DNA from: Octopus bimaculoides
Lineage: Eukaryota
Reading direction: 5' to 3'
Length of the DNA: 40,754 bases
NCBI RefSeq assembly: GCF_001194135.2
Contig: NC_068981.1
Span: forward strand, 66,865,691-66,906,444
Shown: positions 24,064 through 36,417 of the stretch, in pieces
Position numbering within the stretch: position 1 is the stretch's first letter
Layout of the letters: every line of letters starts with the position of its first letter
The notes under the pieces: model-generated
Told to the model about the DNA's origin: nothing
The model's database searches: none
What the model saw: the letters and a program-made list of their open reading frames with translations, nothing else
Program-made: the position numbers and the translations under genes

Positions 24064-24642
24064 GAGGCGCAATGGCCCAGTGGTTAGGGCAGCGGACTCG
24101 TGGTCATAGGATCGCGGTTTCGATTCCTAGACCGGGCGTTGTGAGTGTTTATTGAGCGAACACGCCTAAAGCTCCACGAGGCTCCGTCAGGGGATGGTGG
24201 CGAACCCTGCTGTACTCTTCCACCACAACTTACTCTCACTCTTACTTCCTGTTTCTGTTGTGCTTGTAATTCAAAGGGTCCGCCTTGTGACACTGTGTCA
24301 CGCTGAATATCCCCGAGAACTACGTTAAGGGTACATGTNNNNNNNNNNGAGCGAACACGCCTAAAGCTCCACGAGGCTCCGTCAGGGGATGGTGGCGAAC
24401 CCTGCTGTACTCTTCCACCACAACTTACTCTCACTCTTACTTCCTGTTTCTGTTGTGCTTGTAATTCAAAGGGTCCGCCTTGTGACACTGTGTCACGCTG
24501 AATATCCCCGAGAACTACGTTAAGGGTACATGTGTCTGTGGAGTACTCAGCCACTTGCACGTTAATTTCACGAGCAGGCTGTTCCGTTGATCGGATCAAC
24601 TGGAACCTTCGACGTCGTAAGCGACGTAGTGCCAACAACAAC
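24064..24642 (+). mobile_element. Well-preserved tRNA-derived SINE; 185 bp of it is duplicated across a small N-gap
   Basis: A-box TGGCCCAGTGGTTAGG, B-box-like GGTTTCGATTCC, tail ending CCAACAACAACA. 24154-24338 is identical to 24349-24533. Confidence 0.85.
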
Positions 24643-25328
24643 ATATGAAAGAGTGTGTCGCTTTTGTAACATGTAATCTAGTACGAGACCTTAGTGACCA
24701 AATCACATCATCTCCACGCTGGTTGAAGGATAACTAGAAACCTAATAGAATAAATGCAATACCCGTCAAAAGAAGAAAAATAAACGTGGCGCAATATTAA
24801 CGACTCTCTAGTACCTTATAATGCTGGGATTTAGAAATTCTAAGCTAGTGTCCGGCCTCTGAGAGGACATCAGCTTAGAATAAGCTGGTGTAAGACCTCT
24901 GAGAGTGAGGTATTTCTTAGCTTTCGTTAAAGCATGTGATTAAGTGAAGCTTATTCTGATACAAAACCAGTAGCATTGTCGACAGAGATATCTTTTTTCG
25001 GTTTGACTTTGGGCACTTTGACTCTGGTAATAAGAATCATTGAGTTATTGAGCAAACTACCTGCGACTAAAATTTCGAGCGTGCATTGCTAAGAATTTCT
25101 TGATTTATTTCCTTTCATTTTCTATTCGTCATTGATGCGTATAGTCGTTCAAAGAGAGGGCAGCAACAATTACACACACACACGCACACACACACACACA
25201 CACGTACACACATACACACACACACGCACTCACACACACTCACACACATGCACACACGTATATTCAAATATGTGGGTGCATACATAAATATATACATGTA
25301 TATATATAAATATTTATATATCTGTGTG

Positions 25329-25381
<53 letters not shown>

Positions 25382-26149
25382 CATATACATTTACATACAC
25401 ACACATCCGCACCCACATATATACATACACATATAAATTTATAAACATACATACTTAGATATATTGTCTAGATTAACTTGGACTGAAGCCAAATTGATTC
25501 AGTTGAAAGGGCTGAGATTCGATAGTAGAAGATTATTTCCTGTAGTATTTGGTTTTCGTTTCCTTCGTTGCTTAACATGGCCCTCTGGCTATTTTATGAT
25601 CAGGAAATGAGCTTAATTTTTATTTAGAAGCAACTATGAAGGGTTGACCCCCATCTAAATTCATTATCTGTATTGTTATTGCAAGGTTATAGCAGCTTCT
25701 CTTACATAATCGATAATTCTAGCTTGTCGTTCCATTTTTAGTAAACGAAGAAAATTCATGTCGAACATTCCAAGAAATTACGTGTTATTTCTCTTTTATG
25801 AAGTTTTATGTGCTGTTCCAAAGAACAAGAGGTGAGTCACAACTGAAGATATCTCTATCGTCTCGTGTCTTGTCAACAGAGCTGCACAGTGTCTATGGCA
25901 AAAATAACTTTCAATTACACTAAGTTTGACTGGCAGTAAACATCAATAGATGCCGTAGGTCGGTGTGAATAGCCTATGGAAACATTATGATGGTTTAAGG
26001 ACACAGTAAAACTGACATGTGCTTAGCAAGCATATATTTATGACAATGATTTTGTTTCAGTGTATGAGTATACAATTTAAAGACGATATTAGCGGCTCTT
26101 GACTCACTTGCATTAGGTATATTATATCAGAATGAAGATATCAAGTTGT

Positions 26150-26360
26150 TGTTAGGAAAAATTGTTTGAGATTCGATCCGAATGTTCTACGATATTTCTT
26201 CTGATTCTTTATGTTCTGAGTTCAAATTATCATCGCAGTCAATGTTGCTTATCATCCTTTCGGACCGATAAAATATTGGACTAGTCAAGAACTGGGGTCA
26301 GTGGAATCGATCAGTCTCTTTTCAACAAAATTGCTGGCCTTGTGCACAAATTAGAAACAC
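26150..26360 (+). mobile_element. SINE
   Basis: TTCTGAGTTCAAATT...CATCCTTTCGGACCGATAAA...GCTGGCCTTGTGCACAAATTAGAAA, same family as 22163-22385. Confidence 0.7.
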
Positions 26361-26633
26361 TTATTACACACATTGTTGTTGCACAGCCCCAACCATTCCA
26401 TCTTTTCTTTAGAAGTATCTAGGAAAATGTTATCCAGCGTAACCTTCATTGTTTTTAATATGGTAGGATATGAATTGAAGGAGATTCAGCATGTTATTTC
26501 TTGCAGATCGAGTGAACACATTAAAGGCGCGCATAAAAGCAAGTTATCAGGTTGCTATTCTGTGACATTCAGCTCAATTGAGTTATGAAGTTCACCAGTC
26601 AAGGAAAAGAAAATGCAGCCAATATTGCTGTTT

Positions 26634-26864
26634 GACGACGATGATGATGATGACGACGATGATGACGACGACGATGACGACGACGATGATGATAATGATG
26701 ATGATGTCGATGATAATAACGATGATGATAAAGGTGATGACGACGATGATGATAATGATGATGATGTCGATGATGATGACGATGATGATGATGATGATGA
26801 TGTCGATGATGATGACGATGATGATAAAGGTGATGACGATGATGATGATGATGATGATGATGAT
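26634..26864. repeat. Interrupted (GAT)n microsatellite with duplicated variant blocks (GTC, AAAGGT)
   Basis: Seen directly. It generates the poly-D/M/I/S pseudo-ORFs. Confidence 0.95.
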
Positions 26865-27559
26865 GCGCTGGTGTATGTCAATTGGTTTTAGCTGAAAGAA
26901 AGGTCGAACGAAAGAAGCTGTGTTTGGTGATATTCTCTTGGTAGATATAGCTTGGAAAATCATAGAGTTTAAAGGCAGCTGGAGTGAGCTGACGACCGTC
27001 TTGATGGGATGTACAGTAACGGACAATTTGTATTTTATCGTCGGGACTTTGACGTGTCGGTGCTTAAAACAATGGACGGCTAAATGAGCTGGTCTGCTTT
27101 GCTGATAATAAGCGCTCTAGCGATTGTACAATAAATTTAGCGAAGAATAGAATTCAACTTGGAGTGGCATGAACTCTACTCCAAACTGATATGTTGCCCA
27201 AGTACTGCTTGTAGATGAAAGCATTTTTTACTACTAATACGATCCACTGCATTTTCGTACTATGAAAAGAACAAAAAAAAAACAAAAACAAAACAAACAA
27301 ACAAACAAAAGATAAATGACATGATAGGTTTTCATCGTGATAAACCTTTGGAAGCTGATCTGAGTGCTTACATCTTGAGCTATCACTACTTACATTGGGC
27401 ACAAAAGTGGGCGATTGTGTAGGGAAATACAGTTTATTTTTCTGGGACGTACGCGGCCCGCTAGCTCCCGACAAAATGACATTAGATGCTATTTTCATAT
27501 ATGTGCAATTATGAAGTGAAAAAACTTTGTAATAATTATTTTTGACATTGGCATAAGGC

Positions 27560-27720
27560 CACATATTTTGAGGAGAACGTAATTCATCCAACCAATTGAT
27601 TTCAGAAACTTGGTTGATGTTTATTCTATCAACCAACGAAGACAGAAAATCAAACTCTACCTCAGCAGGATTCGAATTTAGAATGTAAATGGGATGGACA
27701 TGACTAAATATCCAATTTGT
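27560..27720 (-). mobile_element. SINE fragment
   Basis: GAAGACAGAAAATCAAACTCTACCTCAGCAGGATTCGAATTTAGAA is the reverse complement of the SINE B-box and body. It lies inside the 218-aa ORF. Confidence 0.65.
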
Positions 27721-27959
27721 TTCGACAGCCCTAAAGGCACCGTAATAAGATACCAAACATGATATTTTATTTTCCACGACTTGAAGAAAGAAAAAACGAT
27801 ATTTTCCCATCTACATAATCCCAATAGTTGGAATTTTATCATTAGAAATATCTACGAATCGACAGTATATTTACACTCAGCCGCGCTTGCTTACACATAT
27901 ATATATATATACACGAAGATACATAGATACACACATACGCACATACATACATACATACA

Positions 27960-27992
<33 letters not shown>

Positions 27993-28039
27993 GCATACAT
28001 ATATACGTATATATGTGCATATATATGTGAGTGCATTTA

Positions 28040-28108
<69 letters not shown>
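28040..28108. repeat. (TATC)n tetranucleotide microsatellite
   Basis: Seen directly. Confidence 0.95.
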
Positions 28109-28109
<1 letters not shown>

Positions 28110-29375
28110 CGTAAGTACGGACGTACGTATGTATGTATGAACACCACGTACATATATATTCTGTGTAAGAGACGGAGAAGAACAGTGATAAATGACATGA
28201 ATAAAATATATAAATATAGAGAAGCAAACACAAAGCATATTCCTAACGGAATGCCGTACTCCATTCATTTTTATGTACTCTTTGAATAAGTCAACATATA
28301 TATTGTTTTTTATTTTTGTAAATAGAAAATTTTCTGATAAATTAATAGAAGTGTATACTTTTTGAAAGTTCTCATGAGTTGTTATACTGATGAACTGCTT
28401 AGAATTACTCACATACGACGAAGAACAAAAACCCTGAGTGCATATTATTATACAGAGACAATTGATGTAGTTGAATATTTGAATAGCTTAGAACTACAAT
28501 CACGTAATTCAGTTATATTCGTGACATAAACGAATTATCTTTTAGTAATATTAACTAGAAAGAACAGGTTCCGCCATTATTTTACGCACTACATATGTAT
28601 CCTATACTGACATTGGATGTTCAACCGTGTAAATGTATCTCCGGGGGGCAGTTCTCGAGAAATTTTCGTTCGCTTTTAACATACAAATACGTTTATTTCT
28701 TTAAATCTAGAGGCTCTTTTAGTTTTAAATTATATAAAAAGGAAAAGAAGAGAAATAAATAAAAAACAATACTAATTTCATAGATCTACGTAAATGATAA
28801 GTTAGTTATACTGAATTCTCAATTTCTTTTGTTTCATAGCTAGAATATACTACATCGTCTAACTGGCAATCATTTTGGTGATGGTCGAGCTTAGAGATAT
28901 AACTTGCATGTACAGCAAAAAATGCACATGCTCCACATTAACCCCCCCCCCCNNNNNNNNNNNNNNNNNNNNNNNNNNNNNNNNNNNNNNNNNNNNNNNN
29001 NNNNNNNNNNNNNNNNNNNNNNNNNNNNNNNNNNNNNNNNNNNNNNNNNNNNNNNNNNNNNNNNNNNNNNNNNNNNNNNNNNNNNNNNNNNNNNNNNNNN
29101 NNNNNNNNNNNNNNNNNNNNNNNNNNNNNNNNNNNNNNNNNNNNNNNNNNNNNNNNNNNNNNNNNNNNNNNNNNNNNNNNNNNNNNNNNNNNNNNNNNNN
29201 NNNNNNNNNNNNNNNNNNNNNNNNNNNNNNNNNNNNNNNNNNNNNNNNNNNNNNNNNNNNNNNNNNNNNNNNNNNNNNNNNNNNNNNNNNNNNNNNNNNN
29301 NNNNNNNNNNNNNNNNNNNNNNNNNNNNNNNNNNNNNNNNNNNNNNNNNNNNNNNNNNNNNNNNNNNNNNNNNNN

Positions 29376-29437
<62 letters not shown>

Positions 29438-29979
29438 GAGAGAAGAACTGATATACTATTTATTGGCTCCGAAAGGATGCAAGGCCAAGTTAATATTTGA
29501 GATGTGGATTTAAACTCAGAATGCAGGGAGCGAAAGCAAATAGAACATCACATCTTATTTGATGCGTTGACAAATCTGCTAGTTTCTCGCCATATGCTGG
29601 GAGATAAGTGATTGTAAAATTTCCTATGTTAAGATATTAGGGCGAGGCAAGTGACTTGAGATTTCTGTTAGAATATTAGGAAGAATTAAGTGACTATAAA
29701 TTTTCCTATATAAGAATATGAGGGGGAGATAATGACTATAGAATATTCAGCAACAGAGACATATGCATGCACATATCTTTGTCTCCGTTAGACTCCTCTT
29801 CTGGTGGCGAAAAAAGCTTCAGAGGTGCGAAAAGTTGAAGAGTTGATATGAAAATGGTCGAACAAATTTAGTGGAACAATCCTCAAATTTAGAAATTAGT
29901 TGACCAAGATTTTCGTAGAAAGCTAACTGTTAGGCTGACTGGTCTGTTGATTGGATAGTTAATAAATGACATCATCTTC

Positions 29980-30058
29980 AACAGCAACAACAACAATAAC
30001 AACAACAACAACAACAACAGCAGCAGCAGCAGCAACGACAACAACAACAACAATAAAA

Positions 30059-30124
<66 letters not shown>

Positions 30125-30133
30125 GCTACTACT
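29980..30133. repeat. Compound (AAC)n/(AGC)n/(CTA)n microsatellite
   Basis: Seen directly. Confidence 0.95.
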
Positions 30134-30149
30134 CTCTTCTTGTGACAGA

Positions 30150-31450
30150 AGGTGGGAGATAGATGCATTTCTGTAAAATTTTTGGTGAGAGTGACACCAG
30201 GAGTATGTAAATACTGGTTTCTTATAGAGGTATATAAATATCAAGAACTTGTTTACCCAGAATTATGAGTTTTTTTTACATCCGTCAGGAAACCATATAT
30301 TTTAGATGGAGTCAAATTAAATTTTGTACGGGCATGTCCTCGCAGCGCTTGTGTAGCATCCAGAATCACCTTTTACATAATCACAGATGTCATTAATCCA
30401 AGAAGATTTCGTCACCAGCGAAGAAGCAGTAAAGATGCACAGAAAAAGAAACGTCCAAGCAGATGATTATTATATTCATTCCACTGACTATAGAAGAAAT
30501 AGTTACAAATACGTCTTTGTATGAAGTCGTCTTAAATATGAATAACTGAATTGATGATAGTAATAAAGCTAATGACGTATTCACTAGCAAGAGCTTCCGA
30601 TGGAAAGTTTTTAATATCGTTATATTTGGGAAGAGATATGATTGATAAAGCCTATAAACACATTCCTTGGTTGCTAGCTGTCTATATTTCATTTCTTACT
30701 TTTCAAAACGGTTGAAGCTTGTTTATGTTCCCGAAAATATTTTCGCTCCGCCAATCTGTGACTTTCTTAGTGGATATACATCTTTAAAATCCTTGGTTTT
30801 CAGTTTGCCATTGATTTTTGTTGTTGTTGTTTAATTTCCATAATAGCAAGCCTGGCATAGTAAAAATATTTTTGAGGACATAAACAAATCTCAAGAGTTT
30901 AAAAAAGAAAGAGAAGTGAAATATAAGCAAGAAGATGCATATAATCTTTATCAATATTGAATTCTTCTAAATATATCAAGATTGATTTTAATACACAGTT
31001 TTAGATCAGAATTCTTGCAAATCAAATTCAAATTTGATTTTCGCAATATCAATTCGAATTTAGCAATCGAAACAAAAATACATAAACTGAGACAGAAAAA
31101 CGTCTCCTCTTGCCTTGGGTCGGGTAACTGTAACAATCATCGATAGCAAGCCGGAAATCAAAGCCGCAATTGCATATTACTCTTCAATGAAACTTTCTTA
31201 CAGGCCGTCTTGTTATGCCATTGAACTTTACTATCTGGAAAAGACTTTTGAACTTTCTCGACTTGTACAGAATATCTCAACTTGTACGAATTTCCTTATT
31301 GACAACTTCCATTATGTCATATTGTCAATGTAGCACAATCTGACAACTTGCAAGAACATTCACTTCCGTCTTCATTGTTAACTTCAGCTATTTCATATAA
31401 GCAAATTCAAAGACATTTATATTATGACAGTTAACGCGAAAACTTATTAT
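30150..31450 (-). pseudogene. Ancient coding relic with many stops and frameshifts, probably a large DNA-transposon protein (family not assigned)
   Basis: Protein-like blocks switch frame: SKVQWHNKTACKK, TRPKARG...YFCFDC, EMKYRQLATKECVYRLY, SEALASEYVISFI, ILDATQALR. Their order resembles my recollection of large uncharacterised invertebrate TE proteins (WH..C / CFFC / EAKYH..CL..LY). Confidence 0.35.
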
Positions 31451-31699
31451 GTCTTCACAGAAAAGAATGTTAGAAAATAGCTAGCATATCTTCTGTAAAA
31501 TATTGGATTTCAATATTTTACCCAGTAATACAGATAATTACAAAGTAATATAGTAATTTAGTCGTGACAATTCTTATATTAGAATGTAGTTTTGAAAATA
31601 AAAATGATGTATTTCATATAATATTTTGGAGTCATACACTACATTACGACAAAGGCATGGTTATTCTCACAAGTCAACCAAAATTGTTACATTCTTATT

Positions 31700-32310
31700 T
31701 CGCATTTCTTTCATAATGCCAACCCAGGCTTTACTGTAGATGATTCTAGAAATGTGTGTTATATGGAGTTATTTAGAAGCAGCTAATCCAGGTCAAGTAG
31801 AGTGGTAGTATTGTTTCGAAAAGGTAACTCAGGCTTTACTGTAGATGATTCTAGAAGTGTACGTTATATGGAATTATTTAGAAGCAGTTAATCCAGATAA
31901 AGTAGAGTAGCGATGTTGTTTCGAAAAGGCCTGACTCTCGAAGTAAAGACAAATTTTCTAGAGTCAGACGGTAATAATGTGGTGTTGGATGTAGATGGTA
32001 GTTATTGAGTTGCCCTAATGTTCGTGGTTCTTTATACCTGGTAGTAGCCGGGGAATTAGACTTTTTCAGATGTCTAAAAATATTCCCCTTAATTTAGTGA
32101 GAAACTGGAATGATATCTTAGATTACCACTGGCATTATATAGGAGAAAAAATATGAAGAGAAGGTAAGAGACCATGAAACGTGATCAAACAGTTTCAAGT
32201 GTTTACTGATATCAAATGAATTTCTGAAATGCATAAATCTATTTCACTTTTTTGAAGATATTTTATTTATTAAATCTTGGGATAAGAATGACTTAGATAA
32301 AGGTTTCACA
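31700..32310 (+). mobile_element. L1/Tx1-like LINE APE endonuclease fragment containing a 105-bp tandem duplication (31721-31825 / 31826-31930)
   Basis: SRVAMLFRKGLTLEVKTNFLESDGNNVVLDVDG resembles RGVAILF.K.....D.EGR.VVLDV. A GDWNxILD-like remnant (AACTGGAATGATATCTTAGA) lies at about 32103. The duplicated unit aligns ungapped. Confidence 0.6.
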
Positions 32311-32400
32311 TTGTCGCATAGTTAGCCACAAAGATACTTACATATATACATATACACACACATACACGCACACACTCACATATATATGCATATATGTATG

Positions 32401-32461
<61 letters not shown>

Positions 32462-32506
32462 ATACTCATCTGGAGAGAGAGTGAAAGAGAGAGACAGAGA
32501 GGGGAA

Positions 32507-32561
<55 letters not shown>

Positions 32562-33586
32562 AAAGAGAAAGAGCAAGGTGAAAAGAGAGATCTATGTGTT
32601 AATATAGCTTTGACCTTTAACTTATGACAGTTGAAAACGTCCAACAGGGCTGACAGTACTACGTAGTTACTGTTGTATCTGAACCGTTTACACCGTGTAC
32701 TCGTTCTGACTCTTTCGTATTTATTGAGGAAAATAAATCTATTGAAAGATATAAACGGGATATAAGAAAGTAGTGTGTGCGTACAAGCGTGAGATGTCAC
32801 CTTCATATTGGCGGGTATCTTGGGAATCCAGAAGATCTACACCAAATAGCGATACGAATTATTAATCATGTTTAAGCCATATAAGGCAGTGTATTTGCAA
32901 TTTGAAGGGGCTGTTTATAGTGCTCAGAGTCTGATTAGGTCTAGACCACCAGAAAAGTAAGGTAAGCGATCCTTAAATTTAAATTAAATTAAAAATTGAG
33001 TGTAATTATGCAGTGGGTCTGACACTTACAAGTTTTTGGTTGATGTAAGCTATGAAAGTGGACACTTAATCAAAGTGTCACGCAGCTGGACTGATCCCGA
33101 AACTTAGTTGATGCAAAGTAAATATCTTCATCTCATAGTCATACCTGATTCTATAATGAACGTATCCATGTGTGTATGTAGACAAAATCATGTATATTCT
33201 GTCTAGTAAATTTGTAACAGCGAGCCTTTATCTGAAATTTGTTTTTAATCAAGACATGTATAGAATAACTTTATGCCAACATCTATTCTAAACGCTCATT
33301 ACAGTTTTGTATACGGATAAGGGTGTCCAAATCTTTAATAGTGGCCATGTTCAACGAAATGCAGCCAATAAAATACAAATATGTTATTAAATAAGCTTAG
33401 AATGCTAAACACGTATTTAAAATACGCCAATGTTGATTGCACCTGTTTCATATTTCAGTAAATTCCCAATACATCTCTGAGAATTTTGTTACATTCTTTT
33501 CTTAGTAAGTTCTCGCTGCAATTTATTTCTCCCCATCTCCCCCTTTGCTCTCATTCCCTACACACACATGTATGTATGTAATTATG

Positions 33587-33620
<34 letters not shown>

Positions 33621-35157
33621 TAAATTTGTGTTTCTTAATGAGATAGGAGAACATAAGCAGTTTGTTATATCTTGTAGTAACTTTTCGTTTAATTTTATTG
33701 CAGAATTCTCTGCGGTTGTCAATGCACTACCAGGTGGTATTGATATTTTCTAGCTGGTTAGGCGCGATTTTGGTGACCTTTTTACATACCATAGTGTTAT
33801 TTAGGAGTTCGATTGCTAGCTCATTGCATGTTTCTTATTAATTACTTATAATTCTCTCCCTGTGTCTTAATAGAGATATATAAGGCTCTTACTAGGTTTT
33901 GTATAGTCAGGAATTAAAATCTAGAAAATTTGTCTATATGTTCAAGATGGACAGGTTAAGGCTACTGAATTTAATATTAAATTCATGGTTTGTTAGAGAT
34001 GTTAGAATGTGATGTCTTGGAAGTAAGTCGGCTTTCTAGTTGAAAAAGAGCTGGATTTTCGAGCCGATACTAATTCTAGACGCTTCCGCATAACTTAGTT
34101 TTAATATCAAGTCGAAACTTGTTAAACGTACGATTAAGGTGAACAGTAGGATGCATTTAGTATTGTAAGAGATCTTACTGTTACTGTGTGTTGAATGCAC
34201 CGGTTCTGACATTATTCAACTGGTTTTAAGACGATCAGTTAAAGGACTCTTTAACCATGCTAGCTTCAGATATATAGAAAGCTTGTTGCTATGAAAACGA
34301 CATGATTTTAGAACCTGTATACTTACCGATTCGTCACTGTCAGTTTTCTCTCTTGTTGAAAACGAAGATACGTGCTAGAATAAACATTAATGCTCAGACT
34401 GAAGAGTAAATATATGAAATAAAAGCGTATAAGTATGTGGGCTGTTTGTTTTTCTTTATTTTCTTATTTTTAAGTAATTTCTGTCGTTCATGGACAATGT
34501 ATGAAATCACCCAGATGTCCGTAATTAACTTTGAAACTAGTGGCTGACAGCAACGATAACTGTGTATCTGTCTTGTAGGTAAAGTAGGCGATATGGTTAT
34601 TGCAGTTGTTAAGGCGATTGTGGTAAGAAGAATCTGTTCAGTAGTGGTTGCTTTGACGCCAAGGGCATTTAGTGTAAGGCGTTTTTTAATCATAGGAAAT
34701 ATGAACGTGACGTTATCGGTTGTCGACCTCAAATGACTGTCGTATTGAAGAGTTGGGAGCTAGATTAAAAATCTTGGTTGTATTGTTGGTGAAGTAGATG
34801 AAGATGCAGCAGAAGCTTTCTCATAACGAAAACGTGTGAGGCAGTAGGAATGATTTTATAATCAGTCAAACTGAAATATTTAGATAGGCAAATGTTTTTT
34901 TGGTTGTGGTAGGGACGACAACTCAGTTTTCATCAATGTTTTAGTGTTTTTCTTGATAAATTGAATAAACTCACTACGTCGTAATACATCATATAAAAGA
35001 TACCACCTAAATATCATTACTCCCGAACCTGGCTAAAATTACAATCAATTAGAAACACAACCTAGGATATTCACCTAAATAAATGCTTTCTTTTGGTTAA
35101 TCCCCAAACTTTCATGTCCCATTTTGCGATTAAAAAAACCTCTGTGATCTTCATATA

Positions 35158-35355
35158 CGAGGGGATGCTGGAAAGTTTCTGGCTTTGGGTAAAAGAAAAT
35201 ACGGGAGGATCAATTAATTATGATCTTATTCAACATATTATCTCTCAGATTCACATACTTATTGCAGCGGTCCTCAGTTTTTCGAAATCCTGTAAAAGAA
35301 CTCAGAAGGTTGGGTTTCTAATCAGGCCTTTCGCGATACCCTTAAAGCCAAGAAC
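35158..35355 (+). mobile_element. Mariner-derived MITE, right terminus eroded
   Basis: Starts TA-CGAGGGGATGCTGGAAAGTT. It is homologous, in opposite orientation, to the complete copy at 39936-40152. Confidence 0.8.
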
Positions 35356-35519
35356 AAATGTTCACACTAATCCATCACCCCTTCGCACTAATCCATCAAT
35401 ACTTTACTATCATTCTTACCCGATGCTATCAACAATTGAATTTTGTACGATACGAAACGTTTTCTCTATGAAATGTTTTGGATTCAAGATAAAATAATTT
35501 TGGCTTTAAAATAATCTTA

Positions 35520-36417
35520 AGAGGTCTGATCAATAAGTATCCGGAATGTTGTCATAGTAACAAAGCTAAAGCACACAGAGTAAAGCCTCATGGCACAGAT
35601 TGACCTTAAACTCTGGTGTGTATGTGCACGAAGTTTTAACGTTCTAGCTCCTTTCCACTGTTTACAGCAGTGCTTGGAAGGAAGGTGTGTAACGTGTGAT
35701 TGTCGCATTGATCATAACAGAAAAAGTTGAGCAGAGAATTTGAATCAAATTTTGCGAAAAGCTTGGCGATACCTGCTCAGAGGCTTACGCAAAGTTATCA
35801 TCGTTCTCGACACAATCAAGGAGATCTTGCAATCAAGGAGATCATGCAAGTGAATCTCGAGTGTATTTTTGGTCAGCTGAAATCAGTTTTAGCACAAACT
35901 TGGTAGACACGCATCTCATATCCAAATCTTCAGTGATAATGGACTGAACTGAACCGTAGATAATTTGCACATCCTCTAATAACTCACAGATGGTGTTTCG
36001 ACGATTTCTGCTCACAGCTGCACGCACATCTGCGATGTTTTTTCAGTTCTGTTAGTTGCAGGTCTCCCAGAACGTTCGTCAATATCGACATTATTTTGGC
36101 CATCTTTGAAACGTCTGAACCACTCGTACACTTGTGTGCGGCTCATACACTCCTCTACATACACTTTCTGCAATCTTGCGTTGGCCTCTGAGCAGGTATC
36201 ATCATGATAACTTTCACTGTCATGGTCAATGTGACGATCACACACTACACACCTTTCTTCCAAACACTACTGTAAATAGCAGAAGTGAGCTAGAAGGTTA
36301 AAACTAAGTGTACATATACAACAAAGTTCAAGGTAAATCTTTGCCATACGGTTTCACTATGCGTGCTTTAGCCTCGTCATTAAGAAAACAGTCCGGATAC
36401 TTATTGATCAGTCCTCG
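35520..36417. mobile_element. Mariner derivative built from two convergent 5' ends (TIR, leader and transposase N-terminus on each strand)
   Basis: Left terminus TA-AGAGGTCTGATCAATAAGTATCCGGA; right terminus TCCGGATACTTATTGATCAGTCCTCG-TA. Plus strand reads KVEQRI*IKFCEKLGDTCSEAY. Minus strand reads MSRTQVYEWFRRFKDG...DERSGRP...VSTKFVLKL. Confidence 0.85.

Noticed and set aside
24064-24140. tRNA gene
   Set aside because: A and B boxes are present, but there is no complete cloverleaf and the sequence continues into a SINE body. It is a SINE head.
26613-26891. 92-aa Asp-rich ORF reminiscent of acidic shell-matrix proteins (Aspein/Asprich)
   Set aside because: It has no signal peptide and almost no non-repeat sequence. 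The variants are single-base changes typical of a (GAT)n microsatellite, and similar tracts occur elsewhere in the window.
27154-27810. 218-aa minus-strand ORF, the longest N-free ORF
   Set aside because: It reads through a SINE (NSNPAEVEFDF...) and a low-complexity T-rich tract, and I recognise no domain. It is most likely a chance ORF.
342-29513. Long ORFs in the track containing X-runs (for example 355-1098, 8805-9311, 15107-15997, 22782-23459, 28875-29513)
   Set aside because: They are open only because N codons are not stops. Their flanks are microsatellites or TE pieces.
30393-30692. Hydrophobic 99-aa ORF resembling GPCR TM6-TM7 (…HLYCFFAG…)
   Set aside because: There are no upstream TM segments or splice signals, and the adjacent frames carry the more protein-like blocks of a TE-like fossil. 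Hydrophobicity is expected from T-rich DNA.
32877-32956. Possible + strand exon PYKAVYLQFEGAVYSAQSLIRSRPPEK with a GTAAGG donor
   Set aside because: The acceptor is weak, the stronger neighbouring donor introduces a stop, and I recognise no homology.
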